A stretch of 64,000 bases of DNA. Source: Somniosus microcephalus. Its lineage: Eukaryota. Both the position numbers and the translations under genes were made by a program. Shown in pieces: positions 37,189 to 50,875 of this stretch. The notes beneath the pieces are model-generated. The model was not told the DNA's origin. It made no database searches and saw nothing but the letters and a program-made list of their open reading frames with translations. The DNA is taken from contig CM126222.1 of assembly GCA_052327205.1 (NCBI GenBank), positions 16,926,001 through 16,990,000 on the forward strand, in the 5' to 3' direction. Each line of letters opens with the position of its first letter. Position 1 is the first letter of the stretch.

Positions 37189-37848
37189 GAGTCACCATTG
37201 ACCAGAAACTTAACTGGACCAGCCACATAAATACTGTGGCAACAAGAGCAGGTCAGAGGCTGGGTATTCTGCGGCGAGTGTCTCACTTCCTGACTCCCCA
37301 AAGCCTTTCCACCATCTACAAGGCACAAGTAAGGAGCGTGATGGAATACTCTTGTCTGGATGAGTGCAGCTCCAATAACACTCAAGAAGCTCGACATCAT
37401 CCAGGACAAAGCAGCCCGCTTGATTGGCACCCCATCCACCACCTTAAACATTCACTCCCTCCGCCACCGGCGCACCGTGGCTGCAGTGTGTACCATCTAC
37501 AAGATGCACTGCAGCAACTCGCCAAGGCTTCTTCGGCAGCACCTCCCAAACCCGCGACCTCTACCACCCAGAAGGGCAGCAGGCGCATGGGAACACCACC
37601 ACCTCTAAGTTCCCCTCCAAGTCTCACACCATCCTGACTTGGAAAGATATCGCTGTTCCTTCATCGTCACTGGGTCAAAATCCTGGAACTCCCTCCCTAA
37701 CAGCACTGTGGAGCACCTTCACTACACGGACTGCAGCGGTTCAAGAAGGTGGCTCACCACCACCTTCTCAAGGGCAACTAGGGATGGGCAATAAATGCTG
37801 GCCTTGCCGGCGATGCCCAGATCCCATAAATAAATAAACAAACAAACA
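37010..37848 (+). mobile_element. Family-B LINE, ~800-bp 3' portion with an expanded internal poly-G
   Basis: AWADKWQVTFVPHKCQAMTISNK...; tail (TAAA/CAAA)n. Confidence 0.88.
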
Positions 37849-38599
37849 AATGCCAGTCTCCATGTGTAAGCCTAGACAGTGAATTAAGACCATGGGAGCC
37901 TCACAACCAAGCTCGATACTGCCCACCCTATTTACATGAGCCCAACTCATTTTTTATTTGCCCAAATGATCAGAGGCCTGCAGTGAATGACTGAATTTCA
38001 ATGACTGAATGACTGAGTTACAATGAAGTACTGCCATCTTACTGGCCTGCTGCTGTGGGTAACCAGGAATTGCAACCATATTTACTTAATACTGAACAGA
38101 TGCAAGAATGAATGATGTATGTCTTGCCACAACTCCTGGCTTGCATCACTCTACTCCCCAAGAATCAGCAATCTTGTTCAAACTCATCTGGTCCAATGGG
38201 ACGAAGGCTTCCTCAGTGTGGCAGCTGTCGGGTCCTATTGGAGGGACTTTAGACAGCCTCAAGCCAGGCCCCAAAGAGCATGGATTCAGCACAACAACGC
38301 CCTAACTCGGGACTGATGGGCCAGCTCACTCAGTGTGGGTGGCTGGTACAGGAAATGGAATATCCAGTGCAGTAGGGGGGTACATGCTTGTAGATGGGAC
38401 AGTGTAGAGGCATCGATTCCATGGTGGATGTGATCTGGGAATGCTTGAAGTGGAGTGTTCCATTGGATAACACCCATTATCTTCATAGGCACAAATAAAC
38501 AAAAAGGATCAGGAATCTCGCCACTTGCAATGATGGACTGGAGCTTCCAATGCCTGAAGCCACAAATGGCGAGAAGTGACGTCCTCCCAAGATTGTTGC

Positions 38600-39200
38600 T
38601 GGGGCCCCAGTTTGTCCAATGCTTATGACCTGAATTGAGAATAGAGTGGAGTACATTGAAGTTTGCAGAGGATACTGAGCTAGGAGGGGCAGTGAACTGC
38701 AAAGGAGGGCAGGAACATGCAAAAATATAGATACATTAAGTGGGTAAAACAATAGCAAATGGAGTTTGTTATAACAATGCATGGGTTGAACACTTCGGAC
38801 ACAAGAATGGCAGAGGGAAATAGAGTGTAAGTGGGGAAACACTGGGACTGGGTGGCAATGAATACAGAGTAATTGAAAGTTATCTCACCGCAAAAGGTGT
38901 CACAGGTGGATGGGTTCCATCACAAGGGTACAGAATATAAATGTACGGAAATGTTGTTGACACCTCATCTGGAATAGAGTGTTCAGCTTTGGGCACCCTA
39001 CTTTGGGAAGGATATTCCAGCCTTGGAGAAAGCCTAGGGATCAGGATGACAACTGGGATGGAGGGACTGAGCTGTGATGAGAGACTGGATGAACTTGGGT
39101 TATATCCCCCAGAGATGAGGAGGTTATGGGTCGATCTGATCAAGACGTTTAAAATAATTAAAAGGAATTGACGGGGTAGATAGGAAGCGATATCCCCTCT
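38600..39200 (+). mobile_element. Old, diverged CR1 RT fragment
   Basis: GMEGLSCDERLDELGLYPPEMRRLWVDLIKTFKII, with degenerate KFAEDTEL upstream. Confidence 0.65.
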
Positions 39201-39262
39201 AATAGGGCCAGTTTTGTCCAATAGAAATCGCTGACCAGCCACAGGTGAGGCTACAGCGACGC

Positions 39263-39363
39263 CAACGTTCCCTCGAATTTTTTGGCGCAATTTTTGTATT
39301 GAAAAGCCGGCTGCGCGGGAGCCTTGGAGTGCTGCGTGGCCGCACAGCTTGCAGGGAACATTT
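39263..39363. mobile_element. ~100-bp hAT-type MITE
   Basis: Imperfect TIRs CAACGTTCCCT / AGGGAACATTT, flanked by an 8-bp TSD AGCGACGC / AGCGACAC. Confidence 0.7.
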
Positions 39364-40074
39364 AGCGACACCGTTTTAGCCACATGCACTAATTTTAGTA
39401 GAAAACACCTTACATACACTCTCACAATACAGGTAAATGCACATCACGTGTGTATATTTAACAAATATCTACCACCATTCAGTAGCCAAGGAAGTAAAGC
39501 ACTCACAATGATCAAAACATTTTTTTTTAACCAACAAATGCACAAAAAGGTTATAGCTCATGTACATATACTGTGCGAATGAGTATTGAGATCACAGGCC
39601 CAATGACGGTATCTATTACTCATGTTTATTTACTAGTCAGAAATACAATTAGCCAGATCTGGCTCACCTAACATATTGGTCAACACTAGTAGGTGAATCC
39701 AGAAGGGACAGGATCTCAGAATTAGAGCTATATCAGGTTAAAAGCAAATCCAGGGGAATTCATTCTTCACCAAGGTTCTGAGCTTCTGAAACATACTGCC
39801 CCAGGAGGCCACAGATGAAAAATCAATTGAGCTGTTTAAAAGGGAGATCAGTGCTCACTTGAGAAGCAAGGGTACTTAGGGATACGGAGAATGGGCAGGG
39901 AATTAGGATCAGATAAAAGACCCTCTATGGTGACATGACGGAGCAGGTTTACTGGGCTAAATGGCCAACTCCTGTTCACATCACAAAACACAGATTGGTG
40001 CCAACTCTTGCCCACAGGGTCAGTTTCTAATCTCAGCTGTGCTATTCCAATCGAGTATACGTTCACCACTGACT

Positions 40075-40380
40075 GCTTCCAGTGGCAGAAGGGTCGGTAA
40101 CCAGAGGACAGAGTGACGGTAACTGGTAAAAGAACCAGAAGAGGAGGAGAATTTTGTTTACAGCGAGTTGTGGTGATCTGGAATGCGCTGCCTGAAAGGG
40201 CGGTGGAAGCAGATTCAACAGTAACTTTCAAAAGAGAACTGGATAAATATTTGAAGGGGGAAATTTTGCAGGGCTATGGGGAAGGAGCAGGGAAGTGGGA
40301 TTAATTGGATCGCTCTTTCAGAGAGCCGGCACAGGCATGATGGGCCTCCTGGCCTCCTATTGTGCCATACGATTCCACGA
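40075..40380 (+). mobile_element. CR1 3' fragment
   Basis: QRVVVIWNALPERAVEADSTVTFKRELDKYL...GYGEGAGKWD. Confidence 0.85.
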
Positions 40381-40611
40381 CTGTCAGTCTATTCCAACTG
40401 AGTGTATTCACCACTCTGTCGGACTACCTCCAATCGAATCTGCATTCAACGCAGTCAGTCTATTCCAATCAAGTCTGTACTCAGATTGCGATGCAGTAGT
40501 TGCTGTTTAGGGGTCACGTAGCTCATGCTCTTAGCTGCCAAGCGTTCCAAGTTCCCTTCAGCTTATTTTGCCAGTTATTTTTCCTGAACTAGTAGAAAAG
40601 TTTGACCTGAA

Positions 40612-41002
40612 GATAGGAACAGGGGGAGGCCATTCAGCCCCTCGAGTCTGTCCTTCTATTAGATCTTTGCTGATCTGTATCTCAACTCCATTTACCAGTC
40701 ATTGGTCCATATCCCTGGATACCCTTACCCAACAAAAGTCCGTCGACCTCAGCCGGGAAAATTTCAACTGTCCCCCAGCATCCACATCCTTTTGGGAGAG
40801 TGTTCCAGATTTCCACTACCCAGTGTGAGAAAAAGTGGGTCCTGATTTCACTCCTGACTGGCTCTAATTTTAAGTTGCGCCCCTCATTCTGGATTCCCCC
40901 AACCAGAGAAAGTAGTTTCTCTGTATCTCGCTTATTGAATCCCTTTATCATTTTAAACACCTCGATTAGATCACCCCTCAACCTTCTAAATACAAGAGAA
41001 AA
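40612..41002 (-). mobile_element. CR1 3' fragment
   Basis: FRRLRGDLIEVFKMIKGF...VVEIWNTLP. Confidence 0.8.
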
Positions 41003-41648
41003 TGAACTGCAAAACACACCCAGAAATGAGCAGGCCCTTTAACCGTGCAATTACCTTAAACATGAGCAACAAAGTACCTTCCTAGCACCATCTGTTGAGG
41101 CGTTGGCCCTGGCTGGTTTGCACGTCGCCCAATAACCACTGGGCTCTACCTTGCAATTGTCAGGGAGATAGTGGAGCACACAAACTAATCATCATGGTGA
41201 ACAGCACGAGGAAGAAAACTGAACAGCTCCAGATCCTACCTGAATGTCTCAAGATGCAGAATCTTCAAGATATGATATTCAAGTACAGCATTACACAGAC
41301 AGGGTACACCAAACACCGCAGGTTCCAGTTAGAGACAAGAGCATTTCAACATACGGTTAAAAATGAGCAAGATATATTTTCACACAACAGAGGACATATA
41401 CGTGTGCACCAACAAGCCCGCACCATGAAAGCTGCCAGTAAGTTACTTCTATTGAAACAGCTTTAAAGAAAGGAGAATGGAACTTTACTCCACAGAAATT
41501 AAGTGAAGCCATTTCCTGTAAGGGAGTTTTGATGGGGGACACGGTGTACAGGAATCACACCGTGCCAGTAAGTGCCACAAGATTACAGACAACCCAACAC
41601 TACCCACCCCATGAGTGTTGGGGAAGGCTGGCCAAACACTCTCACTTA

Positions 41649-41780
<132 letters not shown>

Positions 41781-42284
41781 CTAGGCAATGGACAGTTACA
41801 CTGCAGTTTACAATACACTTTGCTTTATTTGAAATAAAGCTTCAGATTCTGGCCTGACTGAAGGGTCCCGATCCCAGGAACACACACGTAAAAATAGTCA
41901 GGACAAATCAGGCAGAAACTTTTCACCCAAAAGGTTATAAGTAATCTGTCGAAATGGACAGTATAAATGGGATCGGGGGTTTGGATTGAGGGACATACTG
42001 TGAAGGTGAGGCTGATCGGAGAGAGGGAAGTGTTGGCTAGGCTAATTCCTATTGCTAAAAACTTTTGTACTCTCCTGCGCTCAGTTATTTGTCTCTCTCG
42101 GATACACGATAGCCCGAGCTCGGGTGGGCAGCCTGCTCCAAGGCAATGTTGCTCTTTACTGGGGCAGGGGGTGCAGAAAGCGAGCATTTCTGGTAATGCT
42201 GGCCCTCAATAATCATTGCCCTAGATGTGCTGGAGGAACAGTATTGTTCAGAAACCGAAGCTCCGTTTGTTACGTTATGCCCTT

Positions 42285-43003
42285 ATAATAAGCACCTTTC
42301 ATGTCCTCAGGACGCCCCAAAGTGCTTCACAGCCAACAACGTCCTTGTTTTTGGAAGCGTAGTGACTGTTGCAATGCAGGGATGCCAACAAACACGACAG
42401 CCAATTTGCACACAGCAAGATTCCACAATGAGATAAATGACCAGATGCTCTGCTTTAGTGATGTCAGCCGAGGGATAAGTATCGGCCAGGACACCGGGAG
42501 GATGACCCGGCCAGGACACCGGGAGGATGACCCGGCCAGGACACCGGGAGGATGACCCGGCCAGGACACCGGGAGGATGACCCGGCCAGGACACCGGGAG
42601 GATGACCCGGCCAGGACACCGGGAGGATGACCCGGCCAGGACACCGGGAGGATGACCCGGCCAGGACACCGGGAGGATGACCCGGCCAGGACACCGGGAG
42701 GATGACCCGGCCAGGACACCGGGAGGATGACCCGGCCAGGACACCGGGAGGATGACCCGGCCAGGACACCGGGAGGATGACCCGGCCAGGACACCGGGAG
42801 GATGACCCGGCCAGGACACCGGGAGAATTACCCGGCCATGTTATGTCCACCCGATGGGGCCTCAGTTAAATGTCTCACCTGAGAGACGGCACCTGACAGT
42901 GCAGTACTGCACTGGAGTGTCAGCCTAGTTTATGGTGCTCAAGTCCTAAAGTGGGGCTTGAACCCACCACCTTCTGGCTCAGAAGCACGTGTTCTGCCAC
43001 TGA
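42285..43003 (-). mobile_element. Deu-SINE carrying an internal tandem expansion
   Basis: SINE head near 42960-43000 (GGGCTTGAACCC on the + strand) and tail at ~42290-42370. Confidence 0.82.
42483..42838. repeat. 25-bp perfect minisatellite (CGGCCAGGACACCGGGAGGATGACC) x~14
   Basis: Identical contiguous units with no spacers, derived from the SINE segment GGCCAGGACACCGGGGAGAAC. Confidence 0.95.
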
Positions 43004-43390
43004 CCCAAAAGGTTATGAAGCTGGTTCACGCTTGGCCCATTGGCCATGCAAACACAGGGCCTGGATCCATTACCCTGGCACAGCTCCCTTCCACCCACTC
43101 TCGTATCAAAGCCACAAGTAAAAAAGATGTCTGTGTATGCATTCGCAGAGTTATCTATTTTTTTTTTTTTTTTTTTTTTGAGTCCCACTTGTAGTGCAGC
43201 GCTATGGTTTCACGACATCTACTTTAAAAATCCAGGCCAGGTGGGCAGGTCAGGATACCAGCACCAGATCAACACAGAAAATTCAATCGGAGGAGTGAAG
43301 AGCGAGCTCTTCAGTTAATTCTCCTAGTGTCCTGGAGCCACCGACTCTTTCTGGGGACGGTTTCTCAGGTGCTGTACTCCAAGTGGTCAG

Positions 43391-43620
43391 TGTTATAAAT
43401 CTCATCATTCATCAAGAAACTACTCGTGAAATAACGCTGGACGGTCAGCTGGTGGCGCCGTCCAAGGAGTATAAATACTCGGGCGTGGGCCCAGCTTGTC
43501 AGGGACATTTTGTAAGACGAGGAACTAGTGAAGTACAACTAGACCTCCATGTTCTGAAACAAGTTGATTAAAGCCTTGCTTTATGCTCAAACCAAGTGTG
43601 TGGTGAGTTTTATTACGTCA
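43391..43620 (+). mobile_element. Solo LTR (~230 bp)
   Basis: TG...CA ends; TATAAATA box; ATTAAA polyA signal; flanks GTCAG/ATCAG (5-bp TSD with one mismatch); homologous inverted copy at 57614-57827. Confidence 0.75.
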
Positions 43621-45124
43621 ATCAGTCCCTATGCGAGGACCAAGGCAGTGAGTGCTGACAGGCTATTCACCCATTGAGGGGGGGGGCGGGGGGGGGGAAT
43701 CAGCTCCAATTCACATCCTCACCCAATGCCCATTTTCCAGCAAGTCTCTTTGGATTGCGATCAAGCACGTGGGATCCTGGCTGACTTCCTAGCCCAGGGT
43801 GGCAGAGGCTAACTGCTGTGCCTGTGCTGCTGCCCGAGCTGATATTGGCCAACTCAGTACAGACAAGGGGTGAATTTCAGCCTGTCTACATATGGCTCAG
43901 TTCCTTACTAGAACTTGCACTTACTAACAAGCCATGGAGAGCTGCTGTCTTGGATTTCTGAAGTATGCAGAACACTGAACGCCTATCTGTAATGTTCCGT
44001 TTTAATTTTAAAAAACATCAAACTGTCATGGATTTTGATCGAGTGCGATTAAATTTTCTCAAATTGCTGGAAACACTATCCATTCAGTAACCGCAATGTT
44101 CACTCAAATCCAAGGCACAGTCACTCAACATTTCTTTACAAGAGTTTTTTTTGCGTCACAGATCTCCACAGCAGACACTGCGACTGTTCACCTCGCTTCA
44201 GGTTTAGCTCCGATTTATAACGGGCAAGTTCACCTGACTTTTTAACTGCTGTCCGTCATTCAAAGAGTACGTAGGTAGGCAGTGCAGTAGGAAAATGACT
44301 TGTAAATAGAGTAAAGGGACTGTGATCCAGTGGGTTAACCTGTCCTTTCACCACATTTGTGTTTCAATCTAGTTGACGCGTCTCCGGGTCTCTGATAGGA
44401 TCACTGGGCTGCACTTGTGAGCTAGATGGGTGTCGGAACTTTACATGAAAGCGGTCTGGATAATTCCAACTCTGGTGCTGGTGGACATGATCCCAGAGCA
44501 CGACCCCGCAACCCCCACCCTGCAATTTCAATTGGAGAGGCCATAGAACAGCTAGGGTGGGAACTGAAGATGCTGGACTTGTGCCTCGGAGATGTTTTGA
44601 GGTGACAAATGAGGCTCGGTGTCGGGGAAGAGCAGGGGGAGCTTTGTGAGACTTCACGAGTGCTTGGTATCAACCCGTAAACAATAAAAGCCTCCAAAAT
44701 TTTCATTCCCAGGCATCAACATCCCTCCCTTAAGGGGGTGAACAAGCTATTAAAAAGGTACATGTCATCTGTCCACAGGCACTCACTCACTACACTGCTG
44801 TCAGCGTGTGCAACACGATTGAACAACAAAAACCTTCCAGCAACAAGCCGTGTGGGTATTTTTCCAGTCAGTTATTTTTAAATCGATGTTTGAAGCCAAG
44901 ACTGGGGCCGGGGGGTGGGGGTGGTGGAGAGAAGAGGGGGTGACAGGGTGGCACCTCCCTTAAAGCTGTACTGCAAACATTTGTTCACTAGTTTATCGCC
45001 CCTATGTAATCCCCCTGTTCTCACACATAGCCCCATCTAATCATTACAATCCAGAGTGGGATGTTAAAAGACCTGTCAGAATACCAGAACAAAATGTTTT
45101 ACTGCTAGAGGCTATGGAGGTGGA

Positions 45125-45298
45125 GACTATCATTTAAAAGGGATGCGGGTAAGTTTCTTGAAAGGAATATAAAAGGATACGGGGAAAGGGCAGCAAAATG
45201 GGCTGAGAGTAGACAGCTCCAGTTGAAGAGCTAGCACAGGCACGGGTGCATGGGGCCGAATGGCCTCTTTCTGCGCTGCAAATTCTACGATTCCAACA
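45125..45298 (+). mobile_element. CR1 3' end fragment
   Basis: GGATACGGGGAAAGGGCAG...GGGCCGAATGGCCTC...TTCTACGATTC. Confidence 0.7.
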
Positions 45299-46375
45299 TC
45301 TCCAACAAGCCTTGAGGCTAGAGTTTGATCCCATTTTACAGATAAATAGCTGGCAATAGTTGCTACTAACTTGGAGCAGTGTCCTCTCACCGAACCCATT
45401 GTCAGCTCGAGGTCACCAGTTCGAGGTCACAGCACTGCAGATACATTTGGAATCAATTTCACGTCTGAATTTTTTTTTTAATAACTTATTGCCTCCACCT
45501 CTTATGGGCAGGCATAGCAGGATACTATCCCAGTGACCAGCAGCCCTCTCATGCCTCATCCTAGTTGCCATTCATCGGGACAGTATAGGTTACTCAACCA
45601 AGGGTGTATCGCAGACTGGCCTGGCCTTCCTTCTTCAGCAGGTGCATAGCTGCACTTCTCGGCAGGAGTCAGCAGCCAGCAATCAGGTGCATGAACCCAA
45701 AACTCCCCACCCTCAACGCTTGAAGCCACCAGCGGCACATATTCAATCACCACAGTGCACAATAAATCTTCAACTTCGTAGAGGCATTAGAGCCAGAGCC
45801 GTTTCATTTGAAGGCTGACACAGAGTTGTGGTTTTGATACGAGACCGTCAGCGGAAGCCTGCATTCTCATATCTGCTTCATCGGTGGCTGTAACATTATC
45901 TTCACTCCTACTTAGGCACACAGCCCATCCCAAGTGGGGCTGGTGACAGCCATCTCCCACACACAAACCATTTTGAAACTGAACCCCTTGAACGACTGAA
46001 ATCAGCAAGCTTAACCCCTCCTCCGCACATGTTCCTCCGCTGCCACTCCCACTCCCAAGGTGAACAAGATATTAGGCTCCGCTGCCAGGAGTCCAGCAAC
46101 AAAGCTCCATTTATACTGGTTTAGATGAAGGTCACATTTGAAACATCAGACTATCTCTGCGGTTCTGATGCTGACCATGCCGCAGTGTTTTATTCTAGAT
46201 TACCAGTGTTTCATGTTCCTATTTATTTCTATTTACAGTAGCAGGGAAAGAGACATCGAGGAAACTAGAAACAAGCTTTGGGTTCCGGTGGAGCTCAGTT
46301 AGTGCCAAGGGATCTTTCACATCTACTCGAGCAAGTAGACATGGCTTGTTTAACCCAGAGTTATAGACAAACCGG

Positions 46376-46856
46376 TCAGTACTGTACCCCAGTGTAATAC
46401 AGCCACAGACCTGTACCCACCAGTACTATACCCCAGTGTTCTACAGTGACAGACCTGTACCCACCAGTACTGTACCCGTGTTCTACAGTGACAGACCTGT
46501 ACCCACCAGTACTGTACCCGTGTTCTACAGTGACAGACCTGTACCCACCAGTACTGTACCCGTGTTCTACAGTGACAGACCTGTACCCACCAGTACTGTA
46601 CCCATGTTATACAGCGACAGACCTGTACCCACCAGTACTCTACCCCAGTGATATACAGTGACAGACCTGTACCCACCAGTACTGTACCCATGTTATACAG
46701 CGACAGACCTGTACCCACCAGTACTCTACCCCAGTGATATACAGTGACAGACCTGTGCCCACCAGTACTCTACCCCAGTGATATACAGTGACAGACCTGT
46801 GCCCACCAGTACTGTACCCCAGTGTTACCGTGACAGACCTGTAGCCCACCAGTACT
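46376..46856. repeat. 42/44-bp satellite (CAGTGACAGACCTGTACCCACCAGTACTGTACCCCAGTGTTATA), left block
   Basis: About 11 tandem units; the array continues after the CR1 insertion. Confidence 0.95.
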
Positions 46857-49800
46857 CAAAGTCAGAGTTATACAGCACAGAAAGAGGCCCTTCGGGCCAT
46901 TGTGTCCATGCCGGCCATCAAGCCCTGTCTATTCTAATCCCATTTTCCAGCACTTGGTCCGTAGCCTTGTATGCTATGGCGTTACAAGTGCTCATCTAAA
47001 TGCTTCTTGAAGGTTGAGGGTTCCTGCCTCTACCACCCTTTCAGGCAGTGAGTTCCAGAATCCAACCACCGTCTGGGTGAAAAAGATTTTCCTCAAATCC
47101 CCTCACCTTGAAACTACACCCCCTGGTTATTGACCCCTCTACTAAGGGGAAAAGTTCCTTTCTATCTACCCTATCTATGGCCCTCAAAATTTTGTACACC
47201 TCAATCAGGTCCCCCCTCAGCCTTCTCTGCTCTAAGGAAAACAACCCCAGCCTGTCCAATCTCTTTTCATAGCTGAAGCGCTCCAGCCCAGGTAACATCC
47301 TGGTGAATCTCCTCTGCACCCTCTCCAACGCAATCACACCCTTCCTATAGTGTGGCGACCAGAACTGCACACAGTATTCCAGCTGTGGCCTAACTAGCGT
47401 TTTGTACAGCTCCATCATAACCTCCCTGCTCTTATATTCTCTGCCTCGGCTAATGAAGGCAAGTATCCCATCTGCCTTTTTAACCACCTTATCTACCTGT
47501 CCTGCTGCCTTCAGGGATCTATGTAAATGCACACCAAGGTCCCTCTGATCCTCTGTCCTTCCTAGGGTCCTACCATTCATTGTGTATTCCCTTGCCTTGT
47601 TAGTCCTCCCAAAATGCATCACCTCACACTTTTCAGGGTTAAAATCCATTTGCCATTGTTCTGCTCATCTAACCAACCTGTCTATATTGTCCTGTAGCCT
47701 GAGGCTTCCCTCCTCACTATTTACCACTCCACCAATTTTCGTGTCATCTGCGAACTTACTGATCATACCTCCTACATTCATATCTAAATCATTAATGTAC
47801 ACTACAAACAGCAAAGGACCCAGCATCGATCCCTGCGGTACACCACTGGACACAGGCTTCTAGTCACAAAAACAACCTTCGACCATCACCCTCTGCCTCC
47901 TGCCACTAAGCCAATTTTGGATCCAATGTGCCAAATTGCCCTGGATCCCGTGGAATCTTACCTTCTTGACCAGTCGCCCATGCGGGACTTTGTCAAAAGC
48001 CTTACTGAAGTCCATGTAGACTAGATCAACTGCACTACCCTCATCCACACATCTAGTCACCCCCTCGAAAAATTCAATCAAATTGGTTAGACATGATCGC
48101 CCTCTGACAAAGCCATGCTGACTATCCTTGATTAATTCTCGCCTCTTCAAGTGGAGACTAATTCTGTCCCTCAGAATTTTTTCCAATAATTTCCCTACCA
48201 CTGATGTTAGGCTCACTGGCCTGTAATTCCCTGGTTTATTCCTACTACCCTTCTTGAATAATGGTACTATGTTAGCTGTCCTCCAGTCCTCTGGCACCTC
48301 CCGTGGCCAGAGAGGTTCTGAAAAATTGTGTTAGAGCCCCTGCAATCTCCTCCCTTGCCTCACACAGCAGCCTGGGATACATCTCGTCTGGGCCTGGGGA
48401 TTTATCCACTTTTAAGCCCGCTAAAACCGCTCGTACCTCCTCCCTCTCAATACTAATTTGTTCAAGTATATCACAATCCCCCTGCCTGATTTCTATGCCT
48501 ACATCGTCCTTCTCCATAGTGAACACAGATGCAAAATATTCATTTAAAACCTCACCTGCATCTTCCGGCTCTACACACAGATTGCCATTTTGGTCCCTAA
48601 TGGGCCCTACTCTTTCCCTGGTTATCCTCTTGCCCTTAATATACTTATAAAACACCTTGGGATTTTCCTTTATTTTGCCTGCCAGTGCTTTTTCGCTCTC
48701 CTAATTTCTTTAAGTACCCCCCCTGCACTTTCTATACCCCTCTAGGGCTTCCACTGTTTTTAGTCCATTGTATCTGCCAAAAGCCTCCCTTTTTTTCCTA
48801 ATCCATTCTTGTATATCCCTTGACATCCAGATTCCCTGGGCTTGTTGGTCCCACCCTTGACCTTTACGGGAACATGTTGCCATTGTACTCTCTCTATTTC
48901 CTTTCTGAAAGACTCCCACCGCTCTGATGTGGATTTTCCTACAAGTAGCTGATCCCAGTCCACTTTGGCCAGATCCTGCCTTATCATATTAAAATCGGCC
49001 TTCCCCCAATTTAGAACCTTTATTTCTGGTCCATCTTTGTCCTTTTCCATGACTACCTTAAATCTCACCAAATTATGGTCACGGTCACCAAAATGCTCTC
49101 CTGACACTTCTACCACTTGCCCGGCTACATTCCCTAGAATTAGGTCCAGTACTGCCCCCTCTCTTGTAGGACTTTCTACATGCTGGCTCAAAAAGCTCTC
49201 CTGGATGCACTTTAAGAACTCTGCACCCTCTAAGCCTTTCACACTCTGACTATCCCAGTTAATATTGGGGAAGTTGAAATCTCCTACTATTATTACCCTA
49301 TTATTTCTACACTTCTCTGAGATTTGCCTACATATCTGTTCCTCTATCTCCTCCCGACTGTTTGGGGGCCTATAGTACACTCCCAGCAAAGTGCTTGCCC
49401 CCTTTTTGTTTTTAAGTTCTCCCCATATGGCCTCATTAGAGGAACCTGCTAAGATATCATCCCTCCTTACAGCAGCAATTGACTCCTTGATTAATATTGC
49501 GACACCCCTCCTCTTTTACAACCCCCCACCCCCCCTCTGTCTCGCCTGAAGATTCTATACCCCGGAATATTGAGCTGCCTGTCCTGCCCCTCCCTCAACC
49601 ATGTCTCTGTGATAGCAACAATACCATACTCCCATGTGTTCATCAACACCTTCAATTCATCTGCCTTACTCGCAAGACTCCTTGCATTAAAATAAATGCC
49701 ATCCAGCCTTGCCATACTCCCTTGTGCCGTTACATATTTGTTCTGCCTTTCAGGCTGACTTGTTTTTTTCTCTATATGCGGCTGTGCATCACCCCCTACT

Positions 49801-49910
49801 ATAGCTCCACTCTGTATCCCATCCCCCTGCCAAGTTAGCTTAAATCCCCCCAACAGCACTAGCAAACCTCCCTGCAAGGATGTTGGTCCCATTCCGGTTC
49901 AGGTGCAACT
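46857..49910 (-). mobile_element. CR1 LINE, ~3 kb, truncated within ORF1; degraded APE plus RT
   Basis: LHLNRNGTNILAGRF (end of an ORF1 SGNH-esterase-like domain); YFNARSL, AITETWL, GVYYRPP, GDFNFP (APE); [24 protein letters not shown] (RT). Confidence 0.93.
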
Positions 49911-50875
49911 GTACTGTATCCAATGTGTTAGTGACAGACCTGTACCCACCACTACTGCACCCCAGTATTATACAGCTACAGACCTGTACCCACCAGTACT
50001 GTACCCCAGTGTTATACAGTGACAGACCTGTACCCACCAGTACTGTACCCCAGTGTTATACAGTGACAGACCTGTACCCACCAGTACTGTACCCCAGTGT
50101 TATACAGTGACAGACCTGTACCCACCACTACTGTACCCGTGTTATACACTGACAGACCTTTACCCACCAGTACTGTACCCCAGTGTTATACAGTGACAGA
50201 CCTGTACCCACCAGTACTGTACCCCAGTGTTATACAGTGACAGACCTGTACCCACCAGTACTGTACCCGTTATACAGTGACAGACCTGCACCCACCATTA
50301 CTGTACCCCAGCGTTAGAGACAGACCAGTACTGTACCCCAGTGTTATACACTGAGACCTGTCCCCACCAGTACTGTACCCCAGTATTAGAGACAGACCTG
50401 TACCCACCAGTACTGTACCCCAGTATTAGAGACAGACCTGTACCCACCAGTACTGTACCCCAGTGTTATACAGTGACAGACATGTACCCACCAGTGCTGT
50501 ACCCCAGTGTTATACAGTGACAGACATGTACCCACCAGTGCTGTACCCCAGTGTTATACAGCGACAGACCTGGACCCACCAGTACTGTACCCGTGTTATA
50601 CAGCGACAGACCTGTACCCACCAGTACTGTACCCGTGTTATACAGTGACAGACCTGTACCCACCAGTACTGTACCCGTGTTATACAGTGACAGACCTGTA
50701 CCCACCAGTACTGTACCCGTGTTATACAGTGACAGACCTGGACCCACCAGTACTGTACCCGTGTTATACAGTGACAGACCTGGACCCACCAGTACTGTAC
50801 CCGTGTTATACAGCGACAGACCTGTACCCACCAGTACTGTACCAGTGTTATACAGTGACAGACCTGGACCCACCA
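49911..50875. repeat. 42/44-bp satellite, right block
   Basis: About 22 tandem units of the same motif as 46376-46856. Confidence 0.95.

Noticed and set aside
42085-42105. ATCCGAGAGAG (IRE) on the minus strand as a possible GRB2 SH2 exon
   Set aside because: An in-frame stop follows, the flanks do not match the SH2 sequence, and it is on the wrong side of the SH3 exon.
42483-42838. CRISPR-like appearance of regular 25-bp repeats
   Set aside because: The units are contiguous with no unique spacers, derive from a SINE, have no cas genes nearby, and sit in a eukaryotic context.
44321-44721. Possible solo LTR (TG...AATAAA...CA)
   Set aside because: No TSD, no terminal inverted repeat and no second copy in the window.
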